Shown here: piece by piece, positions 1 through 9,367 of the stretch | Layout of the letters: the number at the start of each line of letters is the position of its first letter | Position numbering within the stretch: position 1 is the first letter of the stretch | NCBI GenBank assembly: GCA_965227565.1 | Contig: OZ245764.1 | Coordinates: 5,623,834 to 5,687,833 of the forward strand | Length of the DNA stretch: 64,000 nt | Direction of reading: 5' to 3' | Origin: Rhodospirillales bacterium | GTDB lineage: Bacteria; Pseudomonadota; Alphaproteobacteria; Kiloniellales; JACOMY01 | Made by a program: the position numbers and the translations under genes | Notes under the pieces: model-generated | Database searches by the model: none | Told to the model about the DNA's origin: nothing | Seen by the model: the letters and a program-made list of their open reading frames with translations, nothing else

Positions 1-84
1 GACCCGGTGCTGGCGGACCGCCTGCTGGCCTGGCGCAAGGCGCAGAGCGAGGCCGTCGCGCTCGAACCCAGCGACGAGGCCTGA
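1..84 (+). CDS. purE: 3' end of N5-carboxyaminoimidazole ribonucleotide mutase (partial; start lies outside the window)
   Basis: Frame 1 reads DPVLADRLLAWRKAQSEAVALEPSDEA-stop (TGA 82-84), 5 nt before purK. purE-purK adjacency is the conserved arrangement. Only 27 aa are visible. Confidence 0.5.
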   Translation, partial: DPVLADRLLAWRKAQSEAVALEPSDEA

Positions 85-89
85 GCGGG

Positions 90-1172
90 ATGGAGCGCCT
101 TCCGCCCGGCGGGACGATCGGGATCCTGGGCAGCGGCCAGCTCGGCCGCATGATGGCGCTGGATGCGGCCAAGCTCGGCTATCGCTGCCATATCTTCTCG
201 CCCGACGCGCTCTCGCCGGCCGGCGAGGTCTCGGCGGCTGCGACCGTGGCCGCCTACGACGACGAGGCGGCCCTCGAACGCTTCGCCGAGGCCGTCGACC
301 TGGTGACCTACGAGTTCGAGAACGTGCCGGCGGCGACCGCCGCCTTGCTGGCCAAACGCCGGCCGGTGCGCCCCGGCCCCAGGGTCCTGGAGGTCTGCCA
401 GAACCGCGGCCGCGAGAAGCGCTTCCTGGGCGGGCTGGGGATTGCCACCGCCCCCTTCGCCGTCGTCCGGACCCTGGAGGAGCTGCGCCGCGCGCTGGCG
501 GAGATCGGACTTCCGGGTGTGCTCAAGACCACCGAGATGGGCTACGACGGCAAGGGCCAGCGGATGGTGAAGAGTGACGGCGATGCCGAGGCCGCCTTCG
601 CCGAACTCGGCGGCACCGCCGGGCGCGAGCTGATCCTGGAGGGCTTCGTCGACTTCGCCTACGAGGCCTCCGTCCTGGTCGCGCGCAACCCGGCCGGCGA
701 GAGCGCCTGCTATCCGCTGGTCGAGAACCGCCACCGCGACCACATCCTGAAAGAGACAATCGTCCCCGCACCGGCCGGCGCCGAGACGGCCGAATCGGCA
801 AGGAAGATCGCCCTGGCAATCGCCGAGGGCCTCAGTCTGGAGGGGCTGATCGGAATCGAGCTCTTCGTGACGCCCGACGGGTCGCTCCTGGTCAACGAGA
901 TGGCGCCCCGGCCGCACAATTCAGGTCACTGGACCATGGATGCGGCGGTCACGCCCCAGTTCGAGCAGTGCATCCGGGCGATCTGCAACCTGCCGCTTGG
1001 CAGCACCGAGGCCCTGGGCTCCGCCGTCATGACCAACCTGCTGGGCGGCGAGGCCGACGCCTGGCTGGAGATCCTGACCGACCCCCGCGCCAAGCTTCAC
1101 CTCTACGGCAAGACCGAGGCTCGCCCCGGCCGCAAGATGGGCCATGTGAACAGGCTGTTGGAGCGGGAGTAG
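90..1172 (+). CDS. purK: N5-carboxyaminoimidazole ribonucleotide synthase (ATP-grasp)
   Basis: 360-aa ORF. N-terminal GILGSGQLGRMM, ATP-grasp core (VLKT..GYDGKGQ) and C-terminal GRKMGHV are typical of PurK. Confidence 0.9.
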   Translation: MERLPPGGTIGILGSGQLGRMMALDAAKLGYRCHIFSPDALSPAGEVSAAATVAAYDDEAALERFAEAVDLVTYEFENVPAATAALLAKRRPVRPGPRVLEVCQNRGREKRFLGGLGIATAPFAVVRTLEELRRALAEIGLPGVLKTTEMGYDGKGQRMVKSDGDAEAAFAELGGTAGRELILEGFVDFAYEASVLVARNPAGESACYPLVENRHRDHILKETIVPAPAGAETAESARKIALAIAEGLSLEGLIGIELFVTPDGSLLVNEMAPRPHNSGHWTMDAAVTPQFEQCIRAICNLPLGSTEALGSAVMTNLLGGEADAWLEILTDPRAKLHLYGKTEARPGRKMGHVNRLLERE

Positions 1173-1207
1173 CGTACAACGCCGGCGCCGTGCCGGTTCG
1201 AAACGCC

Positions 1208-1858
1208 CTAATGCGCGCGCCGGCCCCACTCGCGACGGGCCTGCATGCGGCGCACCAGGCGGTCGGGCAGGGCCAGCGCGCGGCTCGCGACCTTGCCGAG
1301 CCGGCCGCCGACGCGCACGACGTCGCGCAGGCGGCGGTCGATGAAGGCCCAGGTGCGCTCCTTGCCCTCCGAGCCGTCCTGCAGCCAGTAGAGCGTGGAG
1401 GAGGAGATCACGCCGCCCAGCAACATGCGCTTGGTGTACCAGTTGTGGTCGACCGACTGGTCGCCCAGCGCGTTCCAGATCGCGTCCGCGGTGCGATGCA
1501 GCAGGGTCATGCCGCTCAGCGCGCCGGTCGGGCGGGAGAGCACGGAAAGGCTGCGCCTGACCGCCTCCTGGTAGGGCTCCAGGGCCTCGAAGCGCAGGCG
1601 CAGCGCCAGGGCCACCTTGGCCGTCGTGCCGAGCCCGGAGAGATCCTCCTTCGCCAGGGCCTCCAGCATGGACCGGTCCGCCCAGTCGGAGAAGGCCGCC
1701 ACCAGGGCCCGCGGCTCGGCCGGCAGCAGCTCTTCTGCCTGGTCGGGGTCGAGACCCAGATCCTCCGCGCCGCGGCGGAAGGCCTCCTCGGTCCAGCCGT
1801 CGAAGGCGACGTTGTTGACCCCGGCCAGGAGCAGCCGGTCGCGCTGGTCCTCGGTCAT
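1208..1858 (-). CDS. COQ9-like / RpsU-divergently-transcribed family protein
   Basis: 216-aa ORF with high GC3. Family resemblance plus the classic position divergent from rpsU. Its ATG overlaps the def stop (ATGA at 1855-1858). Confidence 0.7.
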   Translation of the reverse strand: MTEDQRDRLLLAGVNNVAFDGWTEEAFRRGAEDLGLDPDQAEELLPAEPRALVAAFSDWADRSMLEALAKEDLSGLGTTAKVALALRLRFEALEPYQEAVRRSLSVLSRPTGALSGMTLLHRTADAIWNALGDQSVDHNWYTKRMLLGGVISSSTLYWLQDGSEGKERTWAFIDRRLRDVVRVGGRLGKVASRALALPDRLVRRMQARREWGRRAH

Positions 1859-2391
1859 TCGCTCGGCCCCTCCTGCGCTCGCATCTGATGGCGCATCTCG
1901 CTGGCGAAGATCAGCCGGCCCATGTCTTCCATCCGGAGCGGATAGAGCAGGCCGTCCAGGTGGTCGACCTCATGCTGGACGACGCGGGCGTGGTAGTCCT
2001 CCGCCTCGCGCTCGATGACCTCGCCCTTCAGGCCGTAGCCGCGATAGCGGATGCGCGTGTAGCGGGGCACCTCGCCGGCCAATTCCGGCACCGAGAGGCA
2101 GCCCTCCCAGCCCAGCGCCTTCTCCTCGCCCAGCGGCGTGATCTCGGGGTTGATCAGGACGGTCAGCGGTATGCCCTCGGGCAGCATGGGATTGGGCGAG
2201 ATGAAGAAGACGACGACGCGCCAGGGGACATGGACCTGGGGGGCGGCAAGGCCGGTGCCGCCGGCGTCTTCCATGGTCTCGACCATGTCGCGGACCAGGC
2301 GCAGAACCTCCGGCGCGGTGGGATCTTCGACCGGTTCGGCAATCTCGCGCAAGACCGGATGACCCATGCGGGCGATCTTCAAAAGCGTCAT
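1855..2391 (-). CDS. def: Peptide deformylase
   Basis: All three PDF motifs are present: GTGLAAPQV, EGCLSVP, HEVDHLDG. Confidence 0.92.
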   Translation of the reverse strand: MTLLKIARMGHPVLREIAEPVEDPTAPEVLRLVRDMVETMEDAGGTGLAAPQVHVPWRVVVFFISPNPMLPEGIPLTVLINPEITPLGEEKALGWEGCLSVPELAGEVPRYTRIRYRGYGLKGEVIEREAEDYHARVVQHEVDHLDGLLYPLRMEDMGRLIFASEMRHQMRAQEGPSE

Positions 2392-2563
2392 GCTTCAAGA
2401 TATGGGTGTTCCGCCTTGCAGGGAAAGCACCGCTTGGTCGCGCCTTTGGGGCTTCACAGCGCGCCGGGAATGGTCTATCTCTCACCCAACGTCGCGCGTG
2501 AGTCCGTCCCGCGGCGCTGTTTCGTTTGACCGTCCGGCATAGGGTGAAGGAGCCTGCCAGAAC

Positions 2564-2767
2564 GTGCAAGTAACCGTCCGCGACAACAACGTCGACCAGG
2601 CCCTGCGCGCGCTCAAGAAAAAGCTGCAGCGCGAGGGTGTCTTCCGTGAGATGAAACTCCGCCGGCATTTCGAGAAGCCGAGCGAGAAGCGCAAGCGCGA
2701 GCGTGCCGAGGCGGTGCGCCGGCACCGGAAGGTGCTGCGCAAGCGCATGGAGCGCGAAGGCTTCTGA
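2564..2767 (+). CDS. rpsU: 30S ribosomal protein S21
   Basis: 67 aa, GTG start. [27 protein letters not shown]...KRKRE matches the S21 consensus. Confidence 0.95.
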   Translation: MQVTVRDNNVDQALRALKKKLQREGVFREMKLRRHFEKPSEKRKRERAEAVRRHRKVLRKRMEREGF

Positions 2768-2915
2768 CCGAGTCGCCTGAGCGGGCGCCGGCCTGGGGCT
2801 TGCGCTTGCTTGGGTGAGAGGCTTTGTCGGGCCTGGAAGACCGTAGCCGCGGGACTGCATCCTGGGGCCGCTCTTCGGGCCGTATGGCCTAAGCCGAAAG
2901 TCGTCTGACGAGAAC

Positions 2916-2955
2916 GGCGCAAGCCTCCGGGCCTGCGCCGCTTTCCGTCTTTGTG
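2916..2955 (+). terminator. Probable intrinsic terminator after rpsU
   Basis: GGCGCA(2916-2921)/TGCGCC(2934-2939) stem with an inner GCC/GGC, followed by the T-rich GCTTTCCGTCTTTGTG. Confidence 0.4.
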
Positions 2956-2990
2956 AGGTCGGCGGCAGGGCTGCGGCCGACCGCGCGCCC

Positions 2991-4085
2991 TCAGCTCACG
3001 AGGCTGCCGACCGCCTCGATGCTCTGCGGCAGGGGGCGCTTGTAGGCCTCCAGGAAGGGGGCGATCAGGCGCTCGACCTCGACGCGGCCCAGGGAATCCA
3101 TCTGCGCGCAGGGGCCGGAGAACCGCAGGGCGAGCTGGGCGCCCATGTCGATGTCCCTGGCGCCGGCGATCTCTTCAGCGAGGGCCTCCAGGACCGGGAG
3201 GAAGGTCGCGCCGAGCATGCGGTCGCGGACCAGGCCGTCGTTCTGGGTGAAGCCGCTGTCGTCGTCTGCGATCTCGAAGGGCTGCTCTGATTCGCCGACC
3301 TGGATCAGGTAGGGGGCGGGCGCGTAGAAGGCGCCCAGCGGCGCCAGGTTGCGGATGGCGTGCAGGTTGATCCGCGGCTTGATGATGTTCTGGACGAAAA
3401 AGGGCCCGGCAGGAACGCCGACCGCCTGCTTCGCGATACGGTCGACCTGCGCGGTGGTCGCCAGGCCCTCGCCGACCAGCCGTGCCGCCTCGTTCGTGTA
3501 GGGGCAGAAGAAGCGATTGACGGCGAAGCCGTAGGAATCCTTGCAGGCCAGCGGCTTCTTGCCGGTGTTCCGGACGAAGTCGAGAGCGGCCTCGTAGGTC
3601 TCGGCGCCGGTCGCCTCGCCGCGGACCACCTCAACCAGCGGGTTGATCTGCGCCGGGCTAAAGTAGTGCAGGCCGAGAAAGCGCTCCTGGCCCTTCAGGT
3701 GCCGGGCCAGGTCGGAGACGCGGAGGCAGGAGGTGTTGGTCGCGACCAGGGTGTCCGAGGGCAGGACCTCCGAGAGCGCCTCCAGCAGCCGCGCCTTCAG
3801 ATCGAAATCCTCGAAGACCGCCTCGACGACCAGCTCGCTGCCGGCGAGCGCCTCCAGCTCGCCGCTCGCGCTGAGGCGGCCCAGCGCGGCCTCGGCGGCG
3901 TCGGCCTCCATCCGGCCCTTCTCGACGGCGCGCGCGTAGAAACGCTTCGCCTCCTCCAGTGCCTTGTCCACCTGGTCCTGGTTGTTGTCGACCAGCAGGA
4001 CCTCGAGGCCGGCCGCGGCGCTTGCGATGGCGATGCCGCCACCCATGGTGCCGGCCCCCAGAATGCCCAGGGATGAGATGCTCAT
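2991..4085 (-). CDS. 3-hydroxyacyl-CoA dehydrogenase family protein
   Basis: 364 aa. N-terminal Rossmann GILGAGTMGGGIA and an HCDH-like core (NTSCL..., FLGLHYFSPA). Confidence 0.8.
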   Translation of the reverse strand: MSISSLGILGAGTMGGGIAIASAAAGLEVLLVDNNQDQVDKALEEAKRFYARAVEKGRMEADAAEAALGRLSASGELEALAGSELVVEAVFEDFDLKARLLEALSEVLPSDTLVATNTSCLRVSDLARHLKGQERFLGLHYFSPAQINPLVEVVRGEATGAETYEAALDFVRNTGKKPLACKDSYGFAVNRFFCPYTNEAARLVGEGLATTAQVDRIAKQAVGVPAGPFFVQNIIKPRINLHAIRNLAPLGAFYAPAPYLIQVGESEQPFEIADDDSGFTQNDGLVRDRMLGATFLPVLEALAEEIAGARDIDMGAQLALRFSGPCAQMDSLGRVEVERLIAPFLEAYKRPLPQSIEAVGSLVS

Positions 4086-4166
4086 GTGTCTCTCTCTTCT
4101 CTCAAGGGGTGCGCCCGGAGAACCGCGCTGGCAGGGCAGCGCAAGGGCGCAGTTCGGGTAGGATCG

Positions 4167-4997
4167 TCAGGGTTTGTGGGCGCGTAGGGAGAAGCTGACT
4201 GGAAGCCAGGGCGCGCCCTGGGGCAGGCGCCAGTAGCCCGCCTCGTCCTCGACCATGCAGTCGAGCTGCTGCCAGGCCAGCTTGTCGTGCTCGTGCAGGA
4301 ACTCGACGATCAGCCCCGCCTTGGCGAAGGCGGTCACGATCCGTCCCAGCCCGTGCACCCAGTCGAAGGCACGGCGATCCTCGAAGGCCTCGGTCGAGCC
4401 GGCATAGCCCTGGAAGGTGTAGGTCAGGGTCTGGTCGCTGGGCAGCTCGTAGTCGTAGCCGAAGGCGGGACCCGTCCCCTCGGGCGTCCACTCCTCGCTC
4501 AGCGCGTTGACCAGGGGGTGTCCCTCGATGATGTAGAAGATGCCGCCCTGGTCCAGCAGGTCGTGGATGTCCCTCGCCAGGCGGTCCAGGTCGGCGATCC
4601 AGCCCAGCACGCCCCAGGACATGTAGACGATATCGAAGGGGCCGGTGAGAAGCTCCGAGACCTCTGAGATCTCGCCCTCGACGAAGCGCGCCTCCAGCCC
4701 GCAGTCCGCGGCCAGCTTGCGCGCCGCGGTCAGGGCCTGATCGGAGATGTCGAAGCCGGTGACCTTCGCCCCCAGCCGGGCGAAGGAGAGCGTGTCGATG
4801 CCGAAGTGGCAGAGCAGGTGGCAGAGCCGCTTGCCCTCGACGGGGCCGAGCTCCTCTTGCTCCAGCGTGCCCAGGGGGATCTTCCCGGCCTTGAAGCCGG
4901 CCACGTCGTAGAGCTCCGATTCGAGGTGCATCGGCACCAGCTTGTTCCAGAGCTCCTTGTTGTGCAGGACCGCCGGGTCGCGCGACTTCTCGCTCAT
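4167..4997 (-). CDS. Class I SAM-dependent methyltransferase
   Basis: 276 aa. SAM-binding region LCHLLCHFGIDTLSFARLGAKVTGFDIS. AGGAGG RBS lies 5-10 nt upstream, inside the end of the preceding ORF. Confidence 0.7.
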   Translation of the reverse strand: MSEKSRDPAVLHNKELWNKLVPMHLESELYDVAGFKAGKIPLGTLEQEELGPVEGKRLCHLLCHFGIDTLSFARLGAKVTGFDISDQALTAARKLAADCGLEARFVEGEISEVSELLTGPFDIVYMSWGVLGWIADLDRLARDIHDLLDQGGIFYIIEGHPLVNALSEEWTPEGTGPAFGYDYELPSDQTLTYTFQGYAGSTEAFEDRRAFDWVHGLGRIVTAFAKAGLIVEFLHEHDKLAWQQLDCMVEDEAGYWRLPQGAPWLPVSFSLRAHKP

Positions 4998-5002
4998 GGG
5001 GT

Positions 5003-5314
5003 TCAGTTCCTCCTGCCGCGTCGTCCGCCGCGGCGGCGTGCAGCCTTCTCGTCAGGTTCGACGGCAGCCTGGCGCAGGAGCGCGACCAGGCGTCCGCAGG
5101 CGCCCTCCGGCAGGGGGCCGTCGCTCAGGTCCAGGCGCTCCAGAAGCCGGCTTGCGGCCCTCGCCGGCGGCAGGTCCTCGTCGAGGCGCAGGCTCCAGGA
5201 TACCAGGACATCCTCGGCGGGGCCGGGAAAGGCGCTCCCCATGGCCAGGGTCTCCTGCACCAGCCCGCCCGGATCCTCCGGACAGTGAAAGCGAGAGGTG
5301 TAGGTGACCGCCAC
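5003..5314 (-). CDS. Hypothetical protein (103 aa, Arg-rich C-terminal tail)
   Basis: GTG start. Strong G/C third-position bias in this frame. Sandwiched 3-5 nt from methyltransferase genes on both sides. No family recognised. Confidence 0.5.
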   Translation of the reverse strand: MAVTYTSRFHCPEDPGGLVQETLAMGSAFPGPAEDVLVSWSLRLDEDLPPARAASRLLERLDLSDGPLPEGACGRLVALLRQAAVEPDEKAARRRGGRRGRRN

Positions 5315-5317
5315 CGA

Positions 5318-6016
5318 CTAGACGACCTTGGCGAAGAGGTTGAGGCGCGTCGGCTGGCGGAAGAGATAGCGGCCGTCCTCGTCACGCCCTGCCGAGTCCT
5401 CGAAGGCCCTTTGCATCTCTTCGCGCCGTTCCGCCAGACGCGGCGCGCGGCCGGGGTCGACCGACAGCATGGCGGCCTCCCACTCCTCGAAGCTCGCGTA
5501 GCGGACCGGCGAGGCGTAGGTGACCTCCTCGAGCGCACGCACCGCGGGATTGGTCGAGAAGGCGTCGAGTGCCTCGATGGCTTGCTGGCGAACCTCGGTC
5601 TCGTCGTCGATCGGCCGCACCATCTCGAAAAAGGGCCCGCGGGCGATTGGCTCCAGCACATAGATCAGGCCTTCGCTCTGGGTCACCCTGAGGGCCTCAA
5701 GGAGGGCTGCGGCCATCGCGGCTTCGGGGATGTGGTGCAGCGAGTTGAAGAAGCAGACGACGTCGAAGTCGTTGTCCGGGAAGGGCAGGCTCTCGCCGCC
5801 GCCCAGGAGGAAACTCGCGCCCGGCGGGTTCTCGGCCACCTTGGCACGCTCGATCGCCTGCGGCAGGGGGTCGATACCGATCGCGGTCGCGCCGTTCCTG
5901 GCGAAGTGGCGCACCAGCGCGCCTTCCCCGCAGCCGACATCCAGCACCCGCCGACCCGCCTGCGGAAGGTAGTCGCGCATGACGTCGCTGTGCTTGCGCA
6001 AGGGCAGGTCATTCAT
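5318..6016 (-). CDS. Class I SAM-dependent methyltransferase (Methyltransf_11-like)
   Basis: 232 aa. Motif I VLDVGCGEG and the post-I/II pattern DVVCFFNSLHH. Confidence 0.8.
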   Translation of the reverse strand: MNDLPLRKHSDVMRDYLPQAGRRVLDVGCGEGALVRHFARNGATAIGIDPLPQAIERAKVAENPPGASFLLGGGESLPFPDNDFDVVCFFNSLHHIPEAAMAAALLEALRVTQSEGLIYVLEPIARGPFFEMVRPIDDETEVRQQAIEALDAFSTNPAVRALEEVTYASPVRYASFEEWEAAMLSVDPGRAPRLAERREEMQRAFEDSAGRDEDGRYLFRQPTRLNLFAKVV

Positions 6017-6152
6017 TTCTTCATCTCCCCCAACGAGACCGGCTTATCCGACCGGCTCACTCGACCGGCGCAAGAGCAACGCGCCGGATCGGCAGGAGTA
6101 GTTGCATCCGCCAAGTCTGGCAAGGCGTGGAAGATGGCACGAGGTTCCCGTT

Positions 6153-8000
6153 CTAGGCATTGCTCGCCGTCGGTCGGGCCCAGAGCTGGTAGGCCTGGAG
6201 GAAGATCTGCGGCTGCTCGCTCTCGAAGGCTTCCCAGAGGCCGAGATCCTGGCTGGCGGCCGGGTCGGGGTGCCGCTGTCGGAAGGCCGCGTAGATCCGG
6301 CGGTCGGGCAGCTCGAAGCCCAGGAAGGAAAGGCCCGCAGCCTCCAGCAGCGCCTTCACCTGCGCCAGGGAGAAAGCCCGGGCGTCGGCCTGCGAGAGCA
6401 GGCCCGAGAGGCCGGCAAGGTCGTAGAAATCCAGGCCCTGGACCACGGCCCTTGCGGGATCCCCCTCCGGCAGGTCCAGGAGCTCCTGGCGGGTCTGGCG
6501 CAGGGCCTCCTCGCTCTCCGGGCTGCGGCCCCCGGTCAGGCTGTCGCGCGCGGCCAGCAGGGCCTGCTGCGCGGACTGGCGATAGAAGCCCAGGCGCAGG
6601 AAGCCTTGCGGACCGGCCAGGCCGGCCAGTGCCGCCAGGCCGGCGGCGGGGTCGTCCGTGAACTGCAACCAGCTCGGGCATTCGATAACGTCGAAGGGAC
6701 CGCCCGGCAGGGCCGGCACCTCGGGCCCGGCCAGGGCCTCGAGGCTGGCGAGCGCGAAGCTGATGGTGGTGCAGCCGATCGCCTCGGCCTGGCGGCGCGC
6801 ATAGCAGAGCGCGGCCAGCGACCGGTCGAGGGCGAGCACCTGGGCGTTGGCATAGCGGCTGGCCGCCCTGACCGCGGTGCCGCCGGTGCCGCAGCCGGCG
6901 ACCAGCACCTGCGGCTGGGCGACCTCCGGCCAGTTTCCCGGCGGCAGAAGCGGCAGGCTCTCGGCCAGGATCTGCGGCAGGGGGCGGCCGGGCTGGCGCG
7001 AGATCGAACGCCAGCGCGGGAAGGGCGGGGGCTCGGCTGCGGGGGAGTCCTGGCCGGCGAGCCGCGGGATGGTGGAGGCGAGGCGCGCCTCGTGTGCCGG
7101 CTCGACGTGGTGGCGCAGGTGCAGCAGGGTCAGCGGTCCGGAATCGGGACCGCCGGAGAGAGGCTCCTCCGGGAGCGGCTCGCCGGGGTCGGGGCGCCGG
7201 TAGAGGGCGCGCACCAGGCGGGCCGCATCCCAGTCCTTGCCGGGCGTCAGCGCCTCGACGGCGGCCTGCTCCTCCGCCGCCACCGGCCAGGCATAGCTGC
7301 CCATGTCGGCCTGCAGCGCCAGCGAGGCGACGCTGCCGGCCGAGAGCGGCAGCGGCTTGCCCTCGAGGACCCGGTCCAGCAGGACCCGGCGCAGGCAAGT
7401 GAAGAGGCGCTCGAACTCGGCATCCGGCACCAGGGCGCGGCCCAGCAGCGCGCGTGCCAGCGGATCGGCGAAGAGCGTCTCGACCGCCTTGCGCTGCTCC
7501 TCCTCGGCCAGGAAGGCGGCGAGCGCGGCGGCGTCGCCCTTGCAGGCCAGCAGCTCGGTCATGGTCTGGTTGGCGCGCATCAGCGAGAGGCTGGGATTGG
7601 TCAGCTCCTGCGCGGAGACGTCGGGCGCGACGAAGAGCGCGAGGAGCGCCTGCACCACGGCCGGGGAGGCCTGCTGGAAGCGCGCACCGCGGAAGCCCGC
7701 CGCCAGCGCGAGCCGGGCGGAGGGGTCCTGCGGCGCCATCCGCCAGGCCTTCAGCGAGAGGCTGAGGGCCGGCATGGGCTGGCCCGACTGGCGCAACAGC
7801 CCGGCCATCACATAGGGCACGGTCGGATCGTCGGGCGCGGCGGCCAGCGCGCGGCGGTAGGCAGCCTGGGCCTGCTCGTTCTCGCCCCTGGCAAGCGCCT
7901 TGTGCGCCTCCGACAGGGCGGCATGGACGGTCTGGTCCAGCCTGCGCACGTCCACGAATTTGGGCTCGCCCCTGGATTCACCGGGAGATGGTTCGGTCAT
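6153..8000 (-). CDS. TPR-repeat protein fused to a SAM-dependent methyltransferase domain
   Basis: The track ORF 6153-8732 overlaps the MATE gene. The plausible start is MTEPSPGE at 8000, forming ATGA with the MATE stop. N-terminal TPR-like repeats; C-terminal VLVAGCGTGG motif I. Confidence 0.75.
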   Translation of the reverse strand: MTEPSPGESRGEPKFVDVRRLDQTVHAALSEAHKALARGENEQAQAAYRRALAAAPDDPTVPYVMAGLLRQSGQPMPALSLSLKAWRMAPQDPSARLALAAGFRGARFQQASPAVVQALLALFVAPDVSAQELTNPSLSLMRANQTMTELLACKGDAAALAAFLAEEEQRKAVETLFADPLARALLGRALVPDAEFERLFTCLRRVLLDRVLEGKPLPLSAGSVASLALQADMGSYAWPVAAEEQAAVEALTPGKDWDAARLVRALYRRPDPGEPLPEEPLSGGPDSGPLTLLHLRHHVEPAHEARLASTIPRLAGQDSPAAEPPPFPRWRSISRQPGRPLPQILAESLPLLPPGNWPEVAQPQVLVAGCGTGGTAVRAASRYANAQVLALDRSLAALCYARRQAEAIGCTTISFALASLEALAGPEVPALPGGPFDVIECPSWLQFTDDPAAGLAALAGLAGPQGFLRLGFYRQSAQQALLAARDSLTGGRSPESEEALRQTRQELLDLPEGDPARAVVQGLDFYDLAGLSGLLSQADARAFSLAQVKALLEAAGLSFLGFELPDRRIYAAFRQRHPDPAASQDLGLWEAFESEQPQIFLQAYQLWARPTASNA

Positions 8001-9367
8001 AGCGGTCGGACCTCGCGCTTGCTCGTGGCACGGAAGCTGAGGCCCATGGCGACCGCGGCGACGGCATAGCCGAGCAGCAGAGCGACCAGGAGCCCTTCGA
8101 CACCCCAGCCCCAGCGGTTGGCCAGCAGATAGCCCAAAGGCACCATCAATAGCCAGCAGCAAGCGAAGTAGATGACCAGGGGCCCCCAGACCAGCCCCAT
8201 GGCGCGCAGGGCGCCCTGCAGGACCGACTGGCTGCCGTCGGCCACGATGACGAAGCCGACCCAGAACATGATGGGCGTGACCAGCGCCAGGACCGCAGGC
8301 TCGCCGGTATAGGCGCTGACCAGGGTCTCGGGAAAGGTCTCCAGCAGGCAGGCGACCAGGACCTGCAGGCAGAGGATGAGCCCCAGCCCGGTCAGGCCCG
8401 CCACCACCCGCCCACGCTGGTCGCCGCGCCCCACCGCGTTGGCGACCCGGACCGAGGTGGCGTTGGCCATGCCGATCGACACCATGAAGAGGAAGGCCAC
8501 CACGTTGTTGGCGATCTGGAAGGCGGCCAGCGGGTTGTTCCCCAGCCAGCCGGCGAAGGTCGCCAGTGCGGCGAGCGCCGCGGTCTGCAGCCCCACCGAG
8601 AGCGCCAGCGGCAGGCCCAGGCGCAGGTGCTTGAGGGCCACCGTGAGCGAGAGGCGGCTGCCGAGGATCCCGTAGCGGGCCCGGTCGGGCATCAGGACGA
8701 AGATGTAGAAGAGGGCCGCCAGGAACATGCACCAGCGCGTGACCGAGGTGCTCATGGCGGCCCCGGCGGCGCCCATCGCCGGGAAGCCCCAGTGGCCTTC
8801 GATCAGCAGCCAGTTGACCCCGGCGTTGACGAGGTTGGCGCTCAAGGTGATGACCATGCCGACCTGGGGCCGGCGGATGCCCTCCAGCATGAAGGCGCAG
8901 GCCAGGAAGAGGTAGAGCCCCGGCATGCCCACCGCGAAGGCCCTGACCGCGGCCCCGCCGTTGACCGCGAGCTCGTTGCTCTGCCCCAGCAGCAGCAGGA
9001 TCTCCTCGCCCCTGGAGAGCAGTGCCGCGGCGAGCAGGCCCAGCCCCAGCGCGATCACCAGGGCATTGCGCCAGATCGCGCCGATCTCCTGCTCGCGCCT
9101 TGCGCCGGCGGCCTGGGCGCTGAGGATGGAGGTCGCCGCCATCAGCCCGATCCCGACCACCAGCACGGTGATGTGCGGCGCCATGGAGATCCCGTAGTGG
9201 GCGAGGATCTCGGCGGAGACCTGGCCGGTCATGATGGTGTCGACCGTGACCATGATGATGAAGCCGCAGCGGGCCAGCATCACCGGGATGGCGAGCTGCA
9301 CCGTCTGGCGCACATGGTCCAGGGTGGTGACCGCGATCTGCTCCGGGCCGGAGCGGCTGGCCCTCAT
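7997..9367 (-). CDS. MATE/MOP-superfamily transporter
   Basis: About 12 predicted TM segments with MATE-like sequence. Start chosen at 9367 (ATGA overlap with the GT25 stop). An alternative ATG lies at 9397. Confidence 0.85.
   Translation of the reverse strand: MRASRSGPEQIAVTTLDHVRQTVQLAIPVMLARCGFIIMVTVDTIMTGQVSAEILAHYGISMAPHITVLVVGIGLMAATSILSAQAAGARREQEIGAIWRNALVIALGLGLLAAALLSRGEEILLLLGQSNELAVNGGAAVRAFAVGMPGLYLFLACAFMLEGIRRPQVGMVITLSANLVNAGVNWLLIEGHWGFPAMGAAGAAMSTSVTRWCMFLAALFYIFVLMPDRARYGILGSRLSLTVALKHLRLGLPLALSVGLQTAALAALATFAGWLGNNPLAAFQIANNVVAFLFMVSIGMANATSVRVANAVGRGDQRGRVVAGLTGLGLILCLQVLVACLLETFPETLVSAYTGEPAVLALVTPIMFWVGFVIVADGSQSVLQGALRAMGLVWGPLVIYFACCWLLMVPLGYLLANRWGWGVEGLLVALLLGYAVAAVAMGLSFRATSKREVRPL

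Noticed and set aside
6013-8069. Long antisense or out-of-frame ORFs (6013-7398 minus, 6102-8069 plus). Similar cases occur at 13638-14981, 22028-23839, 22162-24483, 26236-28083, 43654-45687 and 60523-62124.
   Set aside because: Their products are Arg/Pro/Gly/Ala-rich low-complexity sequence. They overlap genes with clear family signatures. They are the expected stop-poor alternative frames of roughly 70 percent GC DNA.
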